A stretch of 55,779 bases of DNA from Chlorokybus atmophyticus (taxonomy: Eukaryota > Plantae > Mesostigma and Chlorokybus algae): NCBI GenBank assembly GCA_009103225.1, contig RHPI01003798.1, forward strand, positions 1-55,779. The letters run 5' to 3'. The position numbers and the translations under genes were made by a program. How positions within the stretch are numbered: position 1 is the stretch's first letter; each line of letters opens with the position of its first letter. The notes beneath the pieces are model-generated. The model ran no database searches. It saw only the letters and a program-made list of their open reading frames with translations, and was not told where the DNA came from. Below, piece after piece: positions 34,171 to 47,872 of the stretch.

Positions 34171-36822
34171 ATGGCGGCGGCAGCGGCGGCGGCGGCGTTG
34201 CTCCCGGCGCCTGGAGGCGTGGCGCTACTTGCGCCGGCGTCTGTGGTGGCGAGGGGTGCTGTGCGTCCTGGAGAGCTGCGGCGGCAGCGGCGAGTGGCAG
34301 TGCGGCGGCTTCCGCGAGCAGCCGCAGCAGCTGGAGATGACCAGTCCCCGACACCTGCTCTGACGGGCTCAAACCCTAGCGTCAAGCCGCCCACCATCTC
34401 CCCTGATGTTGACATTGAGGTGGAGCGCAGACGCAAGCAGCAGGTAAGGGGTCACTGGAATGGCAGGTTGCTTGGCTGTTGCCATGCATGTCAGCCAAAG
34501 GTTCTGTCTTGCTGTTGCTTGGCTGTTAAGCTTACCTGCAGCCTTACCAGTGTGCATGTGAGCTTCGGTTTGTCTTCTCTTACCTCAAAGCTGTGACATC
34601 ATCACAGGGTGCATGCCTTAGTTTAACATGTGCATGCAGATCAAGGTTGGCACGCCTGCATTGCACATTTGACCTCTACGGCACGCATGGGGCAGCCTTG
34701 GGTTGTCATCTCACGACAATGAAAGTAAACATAAGGGTTTATTCATCGCTGTCGCAGTTAAATGCCGTGTTGTAATGCTCCCATTGCATGCCAGGAGCTG
34801 CGCAATGCCGAGCGGGCATTCTGGCAGCGAGAGACTGCAATGTGGCAGCGGCAGCGGGAGCTCCTTATGCTGGAGCTTATGGAGCTCAAGACCGCTGTGC
34901 AGCAGCTTGAGCAGCGCATGGTGTGTATGCTGAGCAGACGACAACGTTGTCCTTGTGTGTACATGCTATATGCCTCGGCAATGTCTTTATCGCAGTTACC
35001 ACTTTGTTGGTTGTCAGTCTTAAACTCTCAGTGATGTTGCATGCTTGACTAAGGATATATTGCAGCCTCCCCAGGGTGGTGGCAGTGTGAGCTTGCCAGA
35101 GACAACATTGTCAGCAAACGATACAAGTATGTGTTGTGCGTTCAGCACAAGGGTCTCTGCATTTTGTGCATTTCCCTGTGATGATGGTGTTTGACATGCT
35201 ATTCTTGGCTGGCAGGTCACCTGGACAATCTGTCTCGTGAAGAGCTCATGGAGCGAGCCATGCAAGGCATCTATGGCGTGAGCAATCGGTCCTTTGAGCT
35301 AAAGGATGAGCCTTATAGCAATGGGGTTACCCAAACTCCCGGCAGCGATGTAGACCTCCCAGTTGAAGCAGAACAAATAGTGCAACAACAGCAGGCTGCT
35401 GTCGAAGTGTCTGAACCCGAACAGGACCTACAGACAGTTGAACAACCTGAACAGGAACAAGAGCAAGAGCAAGAACCAAAATCTGAAACACAAGTATCAC
35501 AAGCACCTGCTCAAGCTGTCTTTGAGGATGTGATACCAACTGCAGCAGCTGAGTCTTCATCAGCCAGCGCTGTTTCAGCAGACTTGAAACCAAGCTCTCC
35601 ACCGCGTGTCGACAACAGCGCTTGGGAGCGAAGAAGGAAGCTGGAGACGCAGATGAAAGCCATGTTTGGCGACTTGCGCGGGCTTCTTCCAGATGACCTG
35701 CCACTCGACCTGCCAGCTCCCTCCGCCTCTGCGAGTCAATCATACCCGCCTGCAAGCGCGCAGGAGGACACAGGAGAAGGGTTTCCTCTGACATACTCTG
35801 CAGAGCCCTCTGCACAAGCTGTCCAGGATGATGAGGCTGAAACAGGTTTTGCTGCTGATGCTTTGGAGTCCTCTGAGCAAGCAGAAGGCGAGGAGGATTA
35901 CACAAAGACAACTGCCTGGCAGCGCCGGCGGCGGCTTCAGATGCAGATGGAGGATGCCATGCGCCAGCTGGCAGGAGATCCAGAGGCTGCAGCTCGTGCA
36001 GACCCAGAGTCCAGCCAACCTGAACAGCCCGACATCTATGCAGGCTCCACGCGCCCGTTTACATCGCACCAGCCACCAACAGACTACCCTCAACAAGCGA
36101 CAGCCAAGTTGACTGCACGGTTATCTGAGGATGCCACGCCAACAAGCGCTTCCACAAGCGATTTTGCTTCTTCTACTGCTGCTCAAGATACAGCAGCTGA
36201 GCAGCAGTTCAAACCAGACAGCACTAGGACTGGTCCCATTGATGCCATCGCTGCTGCTGCTGCTGCTTTGCTGCAAGCACCAGCAGCAGAAGCCCCAGTG
36301 TCTGTGTCAGCTGAAGAAGTCAGCAAGCCAGCTCCTTCTTCTGTGCTGCAAGCAAAGGCACCAGCAGAGGCCCCAGTGTCTGTGTCAGCTGAAGAAGTCA
36401 GCAAGCCAGCTCCTTCTTCTGTGCTGCAAGCAAAGGCACCAGCAGAGGCCCCAGTGTCTGTGTCAGTCGAAGACGTCAGCAAGCCAGCGCCTCCTTCGCT
36501 GCAAGCAAAGGCACCAGCACAGGCTCCAGTGTCTGTATCAGCTGAAGAAGTTAGCAAGCCAGCCCCTCCTCCTTCTTCTCCTTCTTCTTCACAAGCCGCA
36601 AGTGAAGGTGAAGATCCTGCTGTCGTTGTGACGCGATGGGGTACTTTCCGCAGCCCTGTGATACCCGCAAGTCCCAAGTCCAGTGCTGATTCAACTGGCT
36701 CAGCATCACAGCAGCAAAGCGAGGCTGCTCAGCAGCAGCCAGAGGAAGTAAAGGCGCCAGACACGGTGAAACAGCCTCCGAGCCGGTGGGGCAGCTGGAC
36801 AAGCCACGCGCAAAAGCAGTAA
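34171..36822 (+). CDS. Uncharacterised, probably plastid-targeted, acidic low-complexity/coiled-coil protein (4 exons)
   Basis: Ala/Arg-rich transit-like N-terminus. GT-AG exons at 34171-34443, 34795-34920 and ~35070-35128, plus a long terminal exon ~35215-36822 that is open for more than 530 codons. Confidence 0.75.
36286..36570 (+). repeat. Coding 78-bp tandem repeat (26-aa unit AEAPVSVSAEEVSKPAPSSVLQAKAP), about 3.7 copies
   Basis: Units start at 36286, 36364, 36442 and 36517; the third unit is 3 nt shorter. Confidence 0.9.
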
Positions 36823-38358
36823 GGTCATTGCGGTCTAAGATCTCTTATCTTACTCAAGTATAAGCAGCTGTGGCGGATGCATGGGTGGTATCCACATGTT
36901 CATGCAGTCTTCTGTAAGCGATATTACGCTACTACTTTACTACTGACATAGCTGCCGGCGGATAAGTAGGGATGTTTTGAGTAGATGTGGTAGAGCGTGC
37001 TAAGTAGCAGGTGTGTTAGTCTGAGTGAGTCTTTTTGGTAGCGGCTGGAGAAACAACTCTTTGGAATGTCACAATCACTCCCACTTCAGCTCTATGCTAG
37101 TAACAACCTGTTTTGCCGAGTTTTGCAAACGCTTGTTTCATTGGTTTCACCTGTTTGTCCTGCTTTTAGTGCACAAGGTTACTTTCAAACGGCGTAGTAT
37201 GCAGGATGCTTGTGTTGGACAGAGTCGTGATGCACTGCGCTGCGGGACTGTAAACGGATACACGTGATACATCAGGACCTTGCAGCAATTTGCACCCGCA
37301 GCAAGCCCCAAGCATGCATATCAACCACAGGTTACACTAGAGTTTTCACGGATGTCCATGACTTGTTCGCAGCAAGAAGCAGAATGCAGGAGTGAGGGAC
37401 TGCGAGGGCAGACCTGCAGACAGGAGCCGCGATGAGACTTGATGATGTGTGCAATGCTGTACGGGACTTCCCGCTAGCCCTCAGTTCTCCCCTCACAACC
37501 GTAAGCGACTGGACGTAGATGACTCTGAACCAACCTGTGCCGGGCTAAGCGAGAAGACTAGCACGCTTGCCATGTTGCGTGCTGCGTTTCTTTGCAGGCA
37601 ATGCTGCTGCTGCGCGTTGCCCTGCTGCTGGTCCCCTGCTTGCCTGTCAGTCCTTGCATAAGACCCAGCCCCTAGTTTGAATAGGTAGGTTGGTTTGTGG
37701 GCGTGTTTGCCTCGTTGAGTCCATGCTGAGTCGTTTTTACTCTGTGCTTCTGTGCTTCTGTGCATTGCATGTATTTGTGTTCGTGTGGCCCCTCTACACT
37801 ACCATATGCTGGTGCACTGCTTTCGCCATAGGCTTGCTTTGTAAGGCATGTTGCAACAACTCTGCGTCAGGGCCACATCAGGTCAGCAAGGTATCTTCCA
37901 AATGCATTGACAGACTTCATGTGAACCAACGAGCAAACAACGATTGATACCAGTGTGGCTGCTGATGCTGGATTGGAGAAGGCTCATTACCACTGCAGTT
38001 GATACGTTTATTGTGGTCACTGCACAGTCATATCATCACGCAACTGATTGATGTGACGCATCCTAGGGACAGGTGCACCGTAGCCTAGTGCAATGCGTCA
38101 AGTCAGTCAGTCAGTCAGTGTCACACTAATTCAATCGGTGTGACACTGGCTGTGCGTGTCCAATACCACAATTAATCTAATTGTGGTAATGGACACGCAC
38201 CATGCTCGACGCGGGGTGTGTCAGTGGTGCGTCCCCAGTCAGTAGGCTGCTGTAGGCGCCTGCAACGGACTGGGAAAACTGTACAGCTGAGTTGTTGGCT
38301 GTACTTGAGTTGAAACTGCCTGCAAGCTCGTGAGCTGGCGTTGGCACCCAGGCAGCCG

Positions 38359-38817
<459 letters not shown>

Positions 38818-38923
38818 NGAGGCACCAGGTCCCATAACAATGAATCCCAAGTGTGTGTCCTCACAACCTTCTTTTGCCTTCTTCTTCTTCTGGCAGCAGC
38901 CTCCACTCCAACAACACACACGC

Positions 38924-41448
38924 AGACGTCGCTTTCATTACCGACCTTGAGGAGGTTGACGATGTCACCCACCTCTTCGCTGATATCAAACGCCTTCAAC
39001 AAGGGCAGACACCTGTTCGTCGATAGCATGCCCCCCCTGTTTGTTATCGGCTACAACGTGGGGCAGTGCTGGCCCGTGTGCGTGTTGCTGCGTACAGGGT
39101 CAACCTGGTGAGCGCGGTTGTCAGCCTTGTTGACAGCAGAGTCGACGCTGTTATGCACGTGTGCACTCACACATACACGCACGCACGCATGCACGCACAC
39201 GATCGAGTAGTGTGTGCGTGTGTGTGTGTGGGTACGGGGCACCCTAACCTACTCGCCGTGCCTCCGTCGGCTCCACCAACTGCGACATCGCTGACCAGTT
39301 CCCGGACGAGTATCTTTCTCGGCACGCACAGCGTGGGCGTCATAGCGGCGCAGCGGAACGGGGAGGGTAGTGGTGCCGTGTGCCCAGAAGTGTGCACGTG
39401 TGCGCGTGCCTGTGCGCGTGCGCGTGTACATTCGCGTGCGTCTTGGTGAGCCTCTGCTGAGCAGGTGGCACACATGCACCTGCTCTGCAGAGTCCTCTTC
39501 ACATTGCTAGGGTCATGAACGGGCGGCTACGCGGAGGACACAGCGTCAGTGTGCGTGCGCAACAGCGACTCAACAGTGCCTGGCTGACCTCTGCATGCCA
39601 TGTGCAAATGCGCGTACGCGTGGATGTTGGTTGCAGACGGCATTAGCAATATGTGTGCTGTTGGTGCAGGACGCACCAAGCCAGTGGGGACTGCATCCAC
39701 CGCGGCGCCAGCATCATCCACGCTGTTGGGGCAGGCGCTCTCTCTCTCTCCATATACATGCTTAAGCTACGCGCAGTCATCAGGCACGCATATCCCAAGG
39801 CGAGCACATGTGCTTGTGCGCGTGCATGTGCGCGCGTGCGTGCGTGCGTGCGCGTGTGGGTGGGTGGGTGGGTGGGCACGCGTAAGTGCGCGTGTGTGCA
39901 CCATGTATGTGCACCAGTGTCTGTGCGCCTGCTTGAGTCCGCATACACAATGTGCACGCTGGTGTGCGCGCGTGTGTGCATGCACACATGGGAGCGCGTA
40001 TGTATGTACGCGCGTGTGTGTGTGATTGTTTCATTCTTTCTCGGCACTCGTCAGATGCATGCAGGGGTGTGTTGTTGTCTGCTCCGGACATCATCAATGC
40101 TTACCCAACGTTGCTGTTGTAAAGAAAGTCCGTCATTGCGGTGGACTCGAGAGGCTTATGATGCCAACCTCATTTGCCAACTATAGCAAGGTGGAGCTGA
40201 CCGGTCCCGCCGCAGGTATAACATCAACAGCCCCCAACCAAAGCCGCTTTTGGCTACAACCATGTGGGCTCACGTGTGCGCGCAAGTGTTCACACCCCCC
40301 TCTTTATCACCCAACACTAACACCCACGTACCCTTTACCCGCATATTACAAGTAGCAGACACCCTTTGTTGGGGAGGGCAACACCGACAGTCTCACAAGT
40401 AGCCGAGTGTGGGGCTCGGGATTGAGGCTGAGAGAGAGTGCCACAAACAAGCAAGGTTTGGGGTTGTGCCTCGACCGTGTCGAGAGGGAGATTGGGGCCA
40501 ACTCACATACACACAATTGACGCGGAAACCAAAGTCAACAACAAGCAACAACGACGAGGGCAAACTCCGATTGTAATCCTTGGTCCGTTGGCGTAAAATC
40601 TGGTCAATGCCGTAGCGCAGGGGAACTGTGTGTCACACTCTCTGTACAGTCTGAGGCTTGGCCATACAGCACCAGAATCTTTTATGTTAATTTTTTATTA
40701 GCATCAACAACGCAGCGTATTCGAATGCGGCAGGTGATGGGTGGGCGTGCGGGCGTGCGCAGGCGGGTGTGCGTGCCTTCGTGCGGATGTGCAGGTGTGC
40801 GCGCATGCACATGTGCATCTGCGCGTGCGCGCACATGTGCATGCACGCGTGCGTGTCGTTGACTTCATCTGTGGCTGGACACTGCTCCTTCACCTCAACC
40901 CCACACTCTACACCCTCACAGGTGTTGCAGCCACGGTGTGGAGCCACCTCCCAAAGTGCACCAACAGGCAGATCCCCTTCGCCCTCTAGCGCATGGCAAC
41001 ACAGTGGACAGACCGCACTTCGGGTACGACTTCGGCATCATCTAGGCAAGACTCTATTTACATATGCTGCAGGAAGCTGTGCGACCAAGCTGTTAGAGAC
41101 GAGAGGGTTCGGCAATACATGACTGACTGCTGCTCGCTGCCAGAGATGAGAGGTGCAAATAACACAGTACAGAAATGCCACCTCTCTGCGCTATTTTCCC
41201 TCACTCTATCTGGAGGAATAAACATTTGCCTTGCGCATGTGCGGCCGCATTGCGCGGTGCTGCAACTGGTGGAACAATCACTCCTCAACTCACATAAAGT
41301 ACACGCCGACAGACAAATGCATGCTCACTGCAAGGTACAGTCAAGACGGACATGTCCGCGTCTAAATGTTACAGGCGCTCCCAGTGCGCAGCAATTGTTC
41401 AAAGGTACAGTCATATACTACACCCAAACCAACACCCACTATGTATAG
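38924..41448 (+). pseudogene. Island of decayed, unassigned coding-like fragments
   Basis: Reading frames are broken by single TAGs: DVAFITDLEEVDDVTHLFADIKRLQQGQTPVRR*HAPP...RVNL (TAG at 39024), and ORFs 40741-40989 and 40993-41448 share one frame. They are separated by CA/GT-rich intron-like spacers. No family was recognised. Confidence 0.25.
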
Positions 41449-41903
41449 CCAGCGCCGCCGCACAAGTGTCAATCAATGCTCGGAACTGTTGTAGCATCGC
41501 CATGCACACAACCACCAGTGCCAATAGGTGGTGAAATCAACTCCCGTGCCAGATAGACTTGACTGGTAGGTAAAGAAAGAAACCCTTTTGAGCTGGGGAG
41601 AGCGCAACCAACGCATCTCCATCAGTCCTTACTACTGTGAGGCCTCTCTTCTCAAGCAGACAACAACACGCAACAGTCTGGCACATTGTTGTGCTTGAAT
41701 AGCGGTGTCGGTCTCCTCCAGTCATGACATGACGTGCAACATCCTCCTTCCCACTGCCTTCACCTGACCTGCGCTTGGGCCTTGCAGCAGTCCACTAAAG
41801 TCCGATACGTACCTTCATGACTCTGCATAAGCAGCAAGGAGCAGGGCTGCTGCTTTTGTAACAACCACAACCACATTTGTCATAAACACTTTCCGTCTCT
41901 CAT

Positions 41904-44900
41904 TCATGCGTATTTTTGCCACTTGAGCAGCCGTGTCGTGACCGCTCCAACAGCGACCGCAGACATTGTTGTAACGGCAACTCCACCGACTAATACTCCA
42001 ATCTCCAGCCTTGCACTGTCTTGCATGAACGCGCGCACACCGTAGCGCTGCCAGTAGCTCTCCGTCCACACGGGGTCGTCGCGCGATCTCGACTGTGGCG
42101 ACATGGTCCAACGTGCGTTGTTGGTGTCGTAAAGTAAGGAGGAGGAGTAGGCCGGTACGTACCTGCAAGGAGAAGAAGGAAGAGTGTATGAGCTACTAGT
42201 GTGATCCTTGCTGTGCGTGACGGTATTGAAGCTCCATAGCAGAACGTAGTACGTTGACATATTGCAGTAACATAGGTATAATTTGACTAGCGTTCCATAG
42301 TTTTAGAGTAGCAGTATAGTATAATGTCCAATTCAACTAAATATGCCATGACAAAGTGAACACCAATCTTCCAATGTCGGGTGGCAATGCAATGTGATGT
42401 GACGTAATTTTCACCTTGCAGCATGTACTGAATCACAACATGCTTGACCAATGCAAGCTAAGATGTCATCATGTAGTCATTCCAACCCCTCACTCACTTT
42501 GTTGTTGAGTTGAGGCATCTCCCCTTTGCGTCCGCTCGCCACCCAACGCAAATATACCCTTCTCCCTCGCACGCCCCCGCACACTCAACCACACCCTCCC
42601 CTTCACCACCCCCACTCGCCGTCTTCTCCGCGAGGAAGTTCCACACAACTCTGCTCATATCATTGAACGGCACGCTCGCGGGTTGGGACGGGTCTATCGG
42701 CGCCACCAACACGCCGACATAATGACTCGCCGTGCGCGTGGTGAGCTGCGGCGTGATGTAGTGGTTGGAGAGTGCGCACGACATGCCTGGAGTGTTGGAT
42801 AGGAAACACTCTGCGAGCTCGGAGACGAGTGTTGCATTGGCGGAGATTTCTGTGAGATGGAGGGCGGAGTTGGAAGAAGATGTGGGTGGTGAGGCGGCTA
42901 AGGCATGTACTGTACGGGCTAAGACGGTGGCGACAGCTGTCGTAGAGGTGAGGTTGATGTTACCTGTCGGCAACTTGGAGTCAACGCCAATGTAATGGAA
43001 GGACAGATGGATACGCGCACGTGCACGCGACCACGCGCGCACAGGAACACACACGTGCACACGCAATATCTGCATGCAAACCTACCGGCAGAGTCCAGAT
43101 GACTCCAGTGGTATCGGTTGGTGTACTGTGTATCAAACTCGGCAAGATACACGCCAGCAATGGTGGGATCCTGCGCGTGAAACAACACGACCTCTCTTTG
43201 CATCATCCACACCCATGTCATGCATTAAGCGGTGTCACCAATGCAGAAAACAGCAATGACGTCACCAGCACACCATCAAGCCCACCTTGCGCAGCAACGT
43301 CATAAGCGATGAGGGCGGCACTCCCGGGTTGTCTCTTTCGCTCGCAACTTGGACAGTGGGAAGTGTGTCGGAGGTGTTGGACGACGAGGCGAGTTGGTGG
43401 TTTTCGCTCGTTGCATGCAGCGCATCCAACATATCGCGCAGGGCTGCATCCTCCTGTACACGCCATTCATGACGGTTCAACACCTATTATGATTTATCTT
43501 GCGTACTATGTACTACAATGCATATTACGGCATGCCATACGATACTACTACATCACGCTGTAGTCGCTGTGTATCTATCATCCTTTGTGCATGGTGTATC
43601 AATGCATGCATATAGGTGGGTACAAGTCCATGACGCATACTGTGTGCACACCTATGTACATAGATAAACACATACTTTAGTAACAGGCACTGCAAGCATG
43701 CACACCAGTTTTGATTTTCATCTTTAGGTTGCTCATTCTGGTTAGCCTCAGAAACAGCATTCCCCGAACAACATGAACATGTACACTAGTAACCCACCTG
43801 GGTATTGCCATCCCGACTGCGTTGGGTTGGATGTGCGTAAAGCACGTCACCAGTTTGGCCAACAGCTCCCACCTCGAACACCTGATCATGGTTCATGCAC
43901 GTCACGACCATGCATGTGCGCGGTTGTAACTCTGCTAACTGTGATATACACACAATACAAAACCTGTGTGATGCGATCGAACTCGAGACCTGCCACGCTG
44001 CCGCTGTTGCTTTCCAGGTCATGAATGAAGCGGCGGCTGCCCGTATAACCCCACGACTCCGCATTGAGGGCCACAAAAACCACCTGTGGCCACGCTCCGG
44101 ACACTTGTTGCACATCATATATAGACAAAGAAGCACAATTTTGCTGTTGTGTTGCAGTCAACCATTGCATTGCACACACCTGCTTGGTGAAGAGATCGGG
44201 CGAACCAAAGCGTGATAGTGCTTCTGCTGCTGCCAACATGGCAATCAACCCCTGACAGAGGAGGGTAAGTTCGACAAGCATCAACCACAATGCATGACTA
44301 GTTGCTTCAACTACACACGAGATACTGTCAGCGTGTCTGCTTGCGTGTAGGGCGCATATGCATACATGTGTGTGGCCATCCGTACCGATATTGAGGCGTC
44401 TGCTCCAATAGCAAAGTCATGGAACAGCGCGGTGCTGTCCATTGTGGCAAGTACCAGTACGATATCCTTGTCGCTGACTGACATTGCCGATATCGGTGGC
44501 ATCGCCGACAACACACTGCAGAAAACGTGTCCAGCAAGCCAAGCATACTATGATGTAATCATGGTTGCACTGTTACCTTACCTGTAACCGCCCACTGGAA
44601 GACACGTTTCGGCCGCTAGGCATTCTATGGAACTCTCAGTCTCATACTCAGCTGTCTGCGTGAGCATACAGTCATCATGAGCACCACCATGACTGATTCT
44701 CAAACTGTCATGGATTGTAGTTAGATGCCAGCTTATGGCACATACCTGCATGACGAGGTCGAACTCGACAGCGTAAGCCGGATGCTTGTACCCTCGCCTC
44801 GCATTTTCTTCCGCTCTCTGCAACAGACACATACACATGGCAAAGAGGAAGTCAATGACATAACTTCATGAAAGGATTCCGTGATTCTGCAAGCTTCAAC

Positions 44901-46142
44901 GCACCTGTCGCATCGCGCGAGTGCCATTGGCGTCAAGAAGAAACACTGGGAAATCAATTCTTTGGCTCCAAGCACCTGTGCCCTAGATATACATATGGTC
45001 AAGCTGCATTGTCCTCTGCGCGCATGCCTGCATGCATATGTGCACATGCAAGGAAGGTTGATAGGCATCAACGTAATAAGTTAACCCACCCATGGGTTCC
45101 ATGCCTTTGACTCAGGGAGGTATGGCGAATATTCTGCTTGCGGGAATGTGTCTGATGTCGAGAAACCTGACAAGCCGCCGGTGTGAGCATGCTGCGTAGC
45201 ATGGTAAGCTTGCCCAACATACACAACAACCGCAGCTTACTCTCGGGGGTATCAGCGGCGTCTGCGCTGGTTTCCACAAGGATGCCTGCAATGCGCGAAG
45301 CCAATTGCGGCTCCGACTCCAGCCTAAATGGCAAACATTACAACAATCACTCGACACTCAATCGGCGGGGGGGGCGATTGTTTGTTAAAGAATACAGACA
45401 GTTCTCATGCACGCATCACTTGTCCATAAAGGTAACGGTTTCGAAAAAGTGTTGTAGTTGTTGTGGACAAGATCACCCTGGTTGCAATAAACGCTCTCAC
45501 CGTTTGAGCAGCTGTAAAAGCAGCTTCTGCGGCACCAACAATGCTCGGATACCCTCAATGTTTGTGACATCCTCGTCAACAATCACACGCTGCACAAGCG
45601 CCGTCGGCAGCCTGCGTCCCGGCCCGGGACCTCACGCAATGTAATATCACTCTCAGCACGTAAGCAACCACCAATGCACACATTGACACAAGCAAGCACA
45701 CATGCACGCACGGCGCACTCTCATCCTCAAGCACCAACAGAGGTTTTGCACTTACTGGAGCAGCCGATCGTTTGTCCATTGGCGTCATGCAGTCGTACGC
45801 ACGGGCTGCTTGCCGCGAGCGCGCCGGCGGAAGCGTCGTACATGGCGGAGGTGAGGGCGGTCACGGAGGTGAGGGGAGGAGGAGAGGAGGTGGCTTGCTG
45901 CTTGGCTGTGGATGAAAGTGAGAACAGTGAGTGCATGCTTGTCACAGTAACTCAAACAGAAGTTGAGAGAATGACCTGACTGAAACACTGACTGAAGCAT
46001 TGGTTTCAACACACTTTGATGGGTTGCTTGAGTGCGTGCATGAGTGAGTGACAGACACAGTCAACAACCAAGTGAGGAGAATGGCGGTCAACAAGCGAGC
46101 TCGCAGTACGTGCAACCGGACGACGCACGGAAGTTGCTCCAT
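41904..46142 (-). CDS. NCT: Nicastrin (gamma-secretase subunit), multi-exon; first exon uncertain
   Basis: SAMYD...SPCVRLHDANGQTIGCS, AWNPW|GTGAWSQRIDFPVFLL, CLPVGGY, LATMDSTALFHDFAIGAD, GLIAMLAAAEAL, ESWGYTGSRRF, PPSSLMTLLR, YTNRYHWSHLD, DPVWTESYW and a C-terminal TM helix EIGVLVGGVAVT. Confidence 0.93.
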
Positions 46143-46229
46143 GTCATAAATCCGTAGCTTACAATACCAGTCAGTGCCTGGTAGTTAGAACTTGTACTTG
46201 TATGAACTATTTCTTGTCTGATCTTCAAA

Positions 46230-46779
46230 CTACATCCCCCCCTGTGGGTAATATGCTGTTAGAAAGACAATGAGCCAGGCTGAGCTGTTGTTGCTCAGGA
46301 CGTTGGTGCGAACGACCTTGGACTGTGGAAACAATCTGCAAAAACAGTGGGGAGAAAGCACAGCCTGTTGGTAGCGTCTCGCTACTCAGTTGTGGTTCAA
46401 CAACGAGAAGCCCTCTAAAGCTTAAACCAGCATGCAGCATTCTGGATGGAGTTGGTTAGAGGTTAGGAAACTCAACGCATGTCCTCACGTTAGATAGCAC
46501 TGAAGCACGACAATCGCAAGTTGTGTATTGTATACTCTGCCCTGGCAGTGTTCATTGCCAAGCATGCATACGCTACGTTGAAGCCTGAATCTTCCCATCG
46601 GCATGCGCAATGCATCCAATGAGATAGGGTTGGGAGCACTAGTGGGACCTCTACCCGCAATTCATACTTTCTCGCCAAACAACCGTACCTTCAGCGTGGA
46701 AGACTACCAGCAGCGTCAGGAGCAGGCATACAACCGTCCGTCGCAGCGGCCCCGCCGCCGCCGGCGGCCAGCGAGGCAT
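46230..46779 (-). CDS. Candidate small secreted protein (~108 aa, 3 exons)
   Basis: Signal-peptide-like MPRWPPAAAGPLRRTVVCLLLTLLVVFHAEG. Phase-compatible GT-AG exons at 46779-46655, 46584-46489 and 46335-46230. No homology was recognised. Confidence 0.3.
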
Positions 46780-47872
46780 CGCTGGTCTGAGTCCTCTGCC
46801 TTGCCAGCGCCTCTGCCGCCTTGCCTCCCCTGTGTGCCTCCGCACTGCGCCGCTAGAGAGCCGGGCGGGGATAGCAACCTGCGACTCATAGACGTCACGA
46901 CCAGCACGCTTGAGGGTGGTGGTGGCTTGCATGGTTTGCACCGCTTTGTTGGGTGCGTTTGGCCCACGACTGTTGTTCTCTTTGCTTGTTCACCACCGGT
47001 GGCATTATGCCATTGGCATTTCATCATTCATCTTCATCATCTTTCAAGTGAGCAGCATTTCGCGTTACACGTTAGCAGTGTCAACTTGGGTCGATCAACC
47101 TTACAAAGCGTACCGCAAGCGACTACAAGTACAGCACCAAGGATATATCAATTTCTTTCAGCACTTGTGATGTTGTCGGCATGAAGTTGTGCAGGCTTCA
47201 TGGTGAAATTTTCAGCAATCTATACGTGGCCCTCGATGATTTGTTGGCAGCTGCGCACAGCGCTGCTGTTAAAGGAAAGCACCTAACGAGTTTTGTGCCT
47301 TCAACCACCTTTACTGATGCCACCTTTACTGATGGTACAAGGTATAGCACTTGTCAGGATCCTCATAAAGATTCTATGTGACATAAATACTTCTACACAG
47401 TTCTCTCACACTTGCAATAGAGCTCCCCTCCAACAGAATGACTAGCAGATGCAGGCCCACACAGGCTGCGTGCGTGACTGTGTCGTGTAGACAATTTAGA
47501 TGATGCTGCAGGAGTCTCACTGCCCACAACAGTGACTAGCAACGAAGACAGACATGCATGTGGCAGCACCCTGCAGTCCAGATCATGAGAGACTGATGAG
47601 TATATATCGTCCTATCAGTTAACCTTTTGATACATGTGTACAAGGGGGATGACAATGTGATGAGATCTAAGGAAACAACTGGGTACCTCCTGCAACCGCT
47701 GTGGACAAGCATTCTGCCAAACTCCGGGAGTTCGACTTGGTTGAATCGATTGCTTCAGCGGCTTTGAACTCCCTTTCTCAGGTGCAAATATGGCAACCGT
47801 AGTAACCGTGCATATGAACCCATAGGGCAAAACAGGCCTGGCTGTCAAGGTGTGCATATGCGTGTTGCTCTC

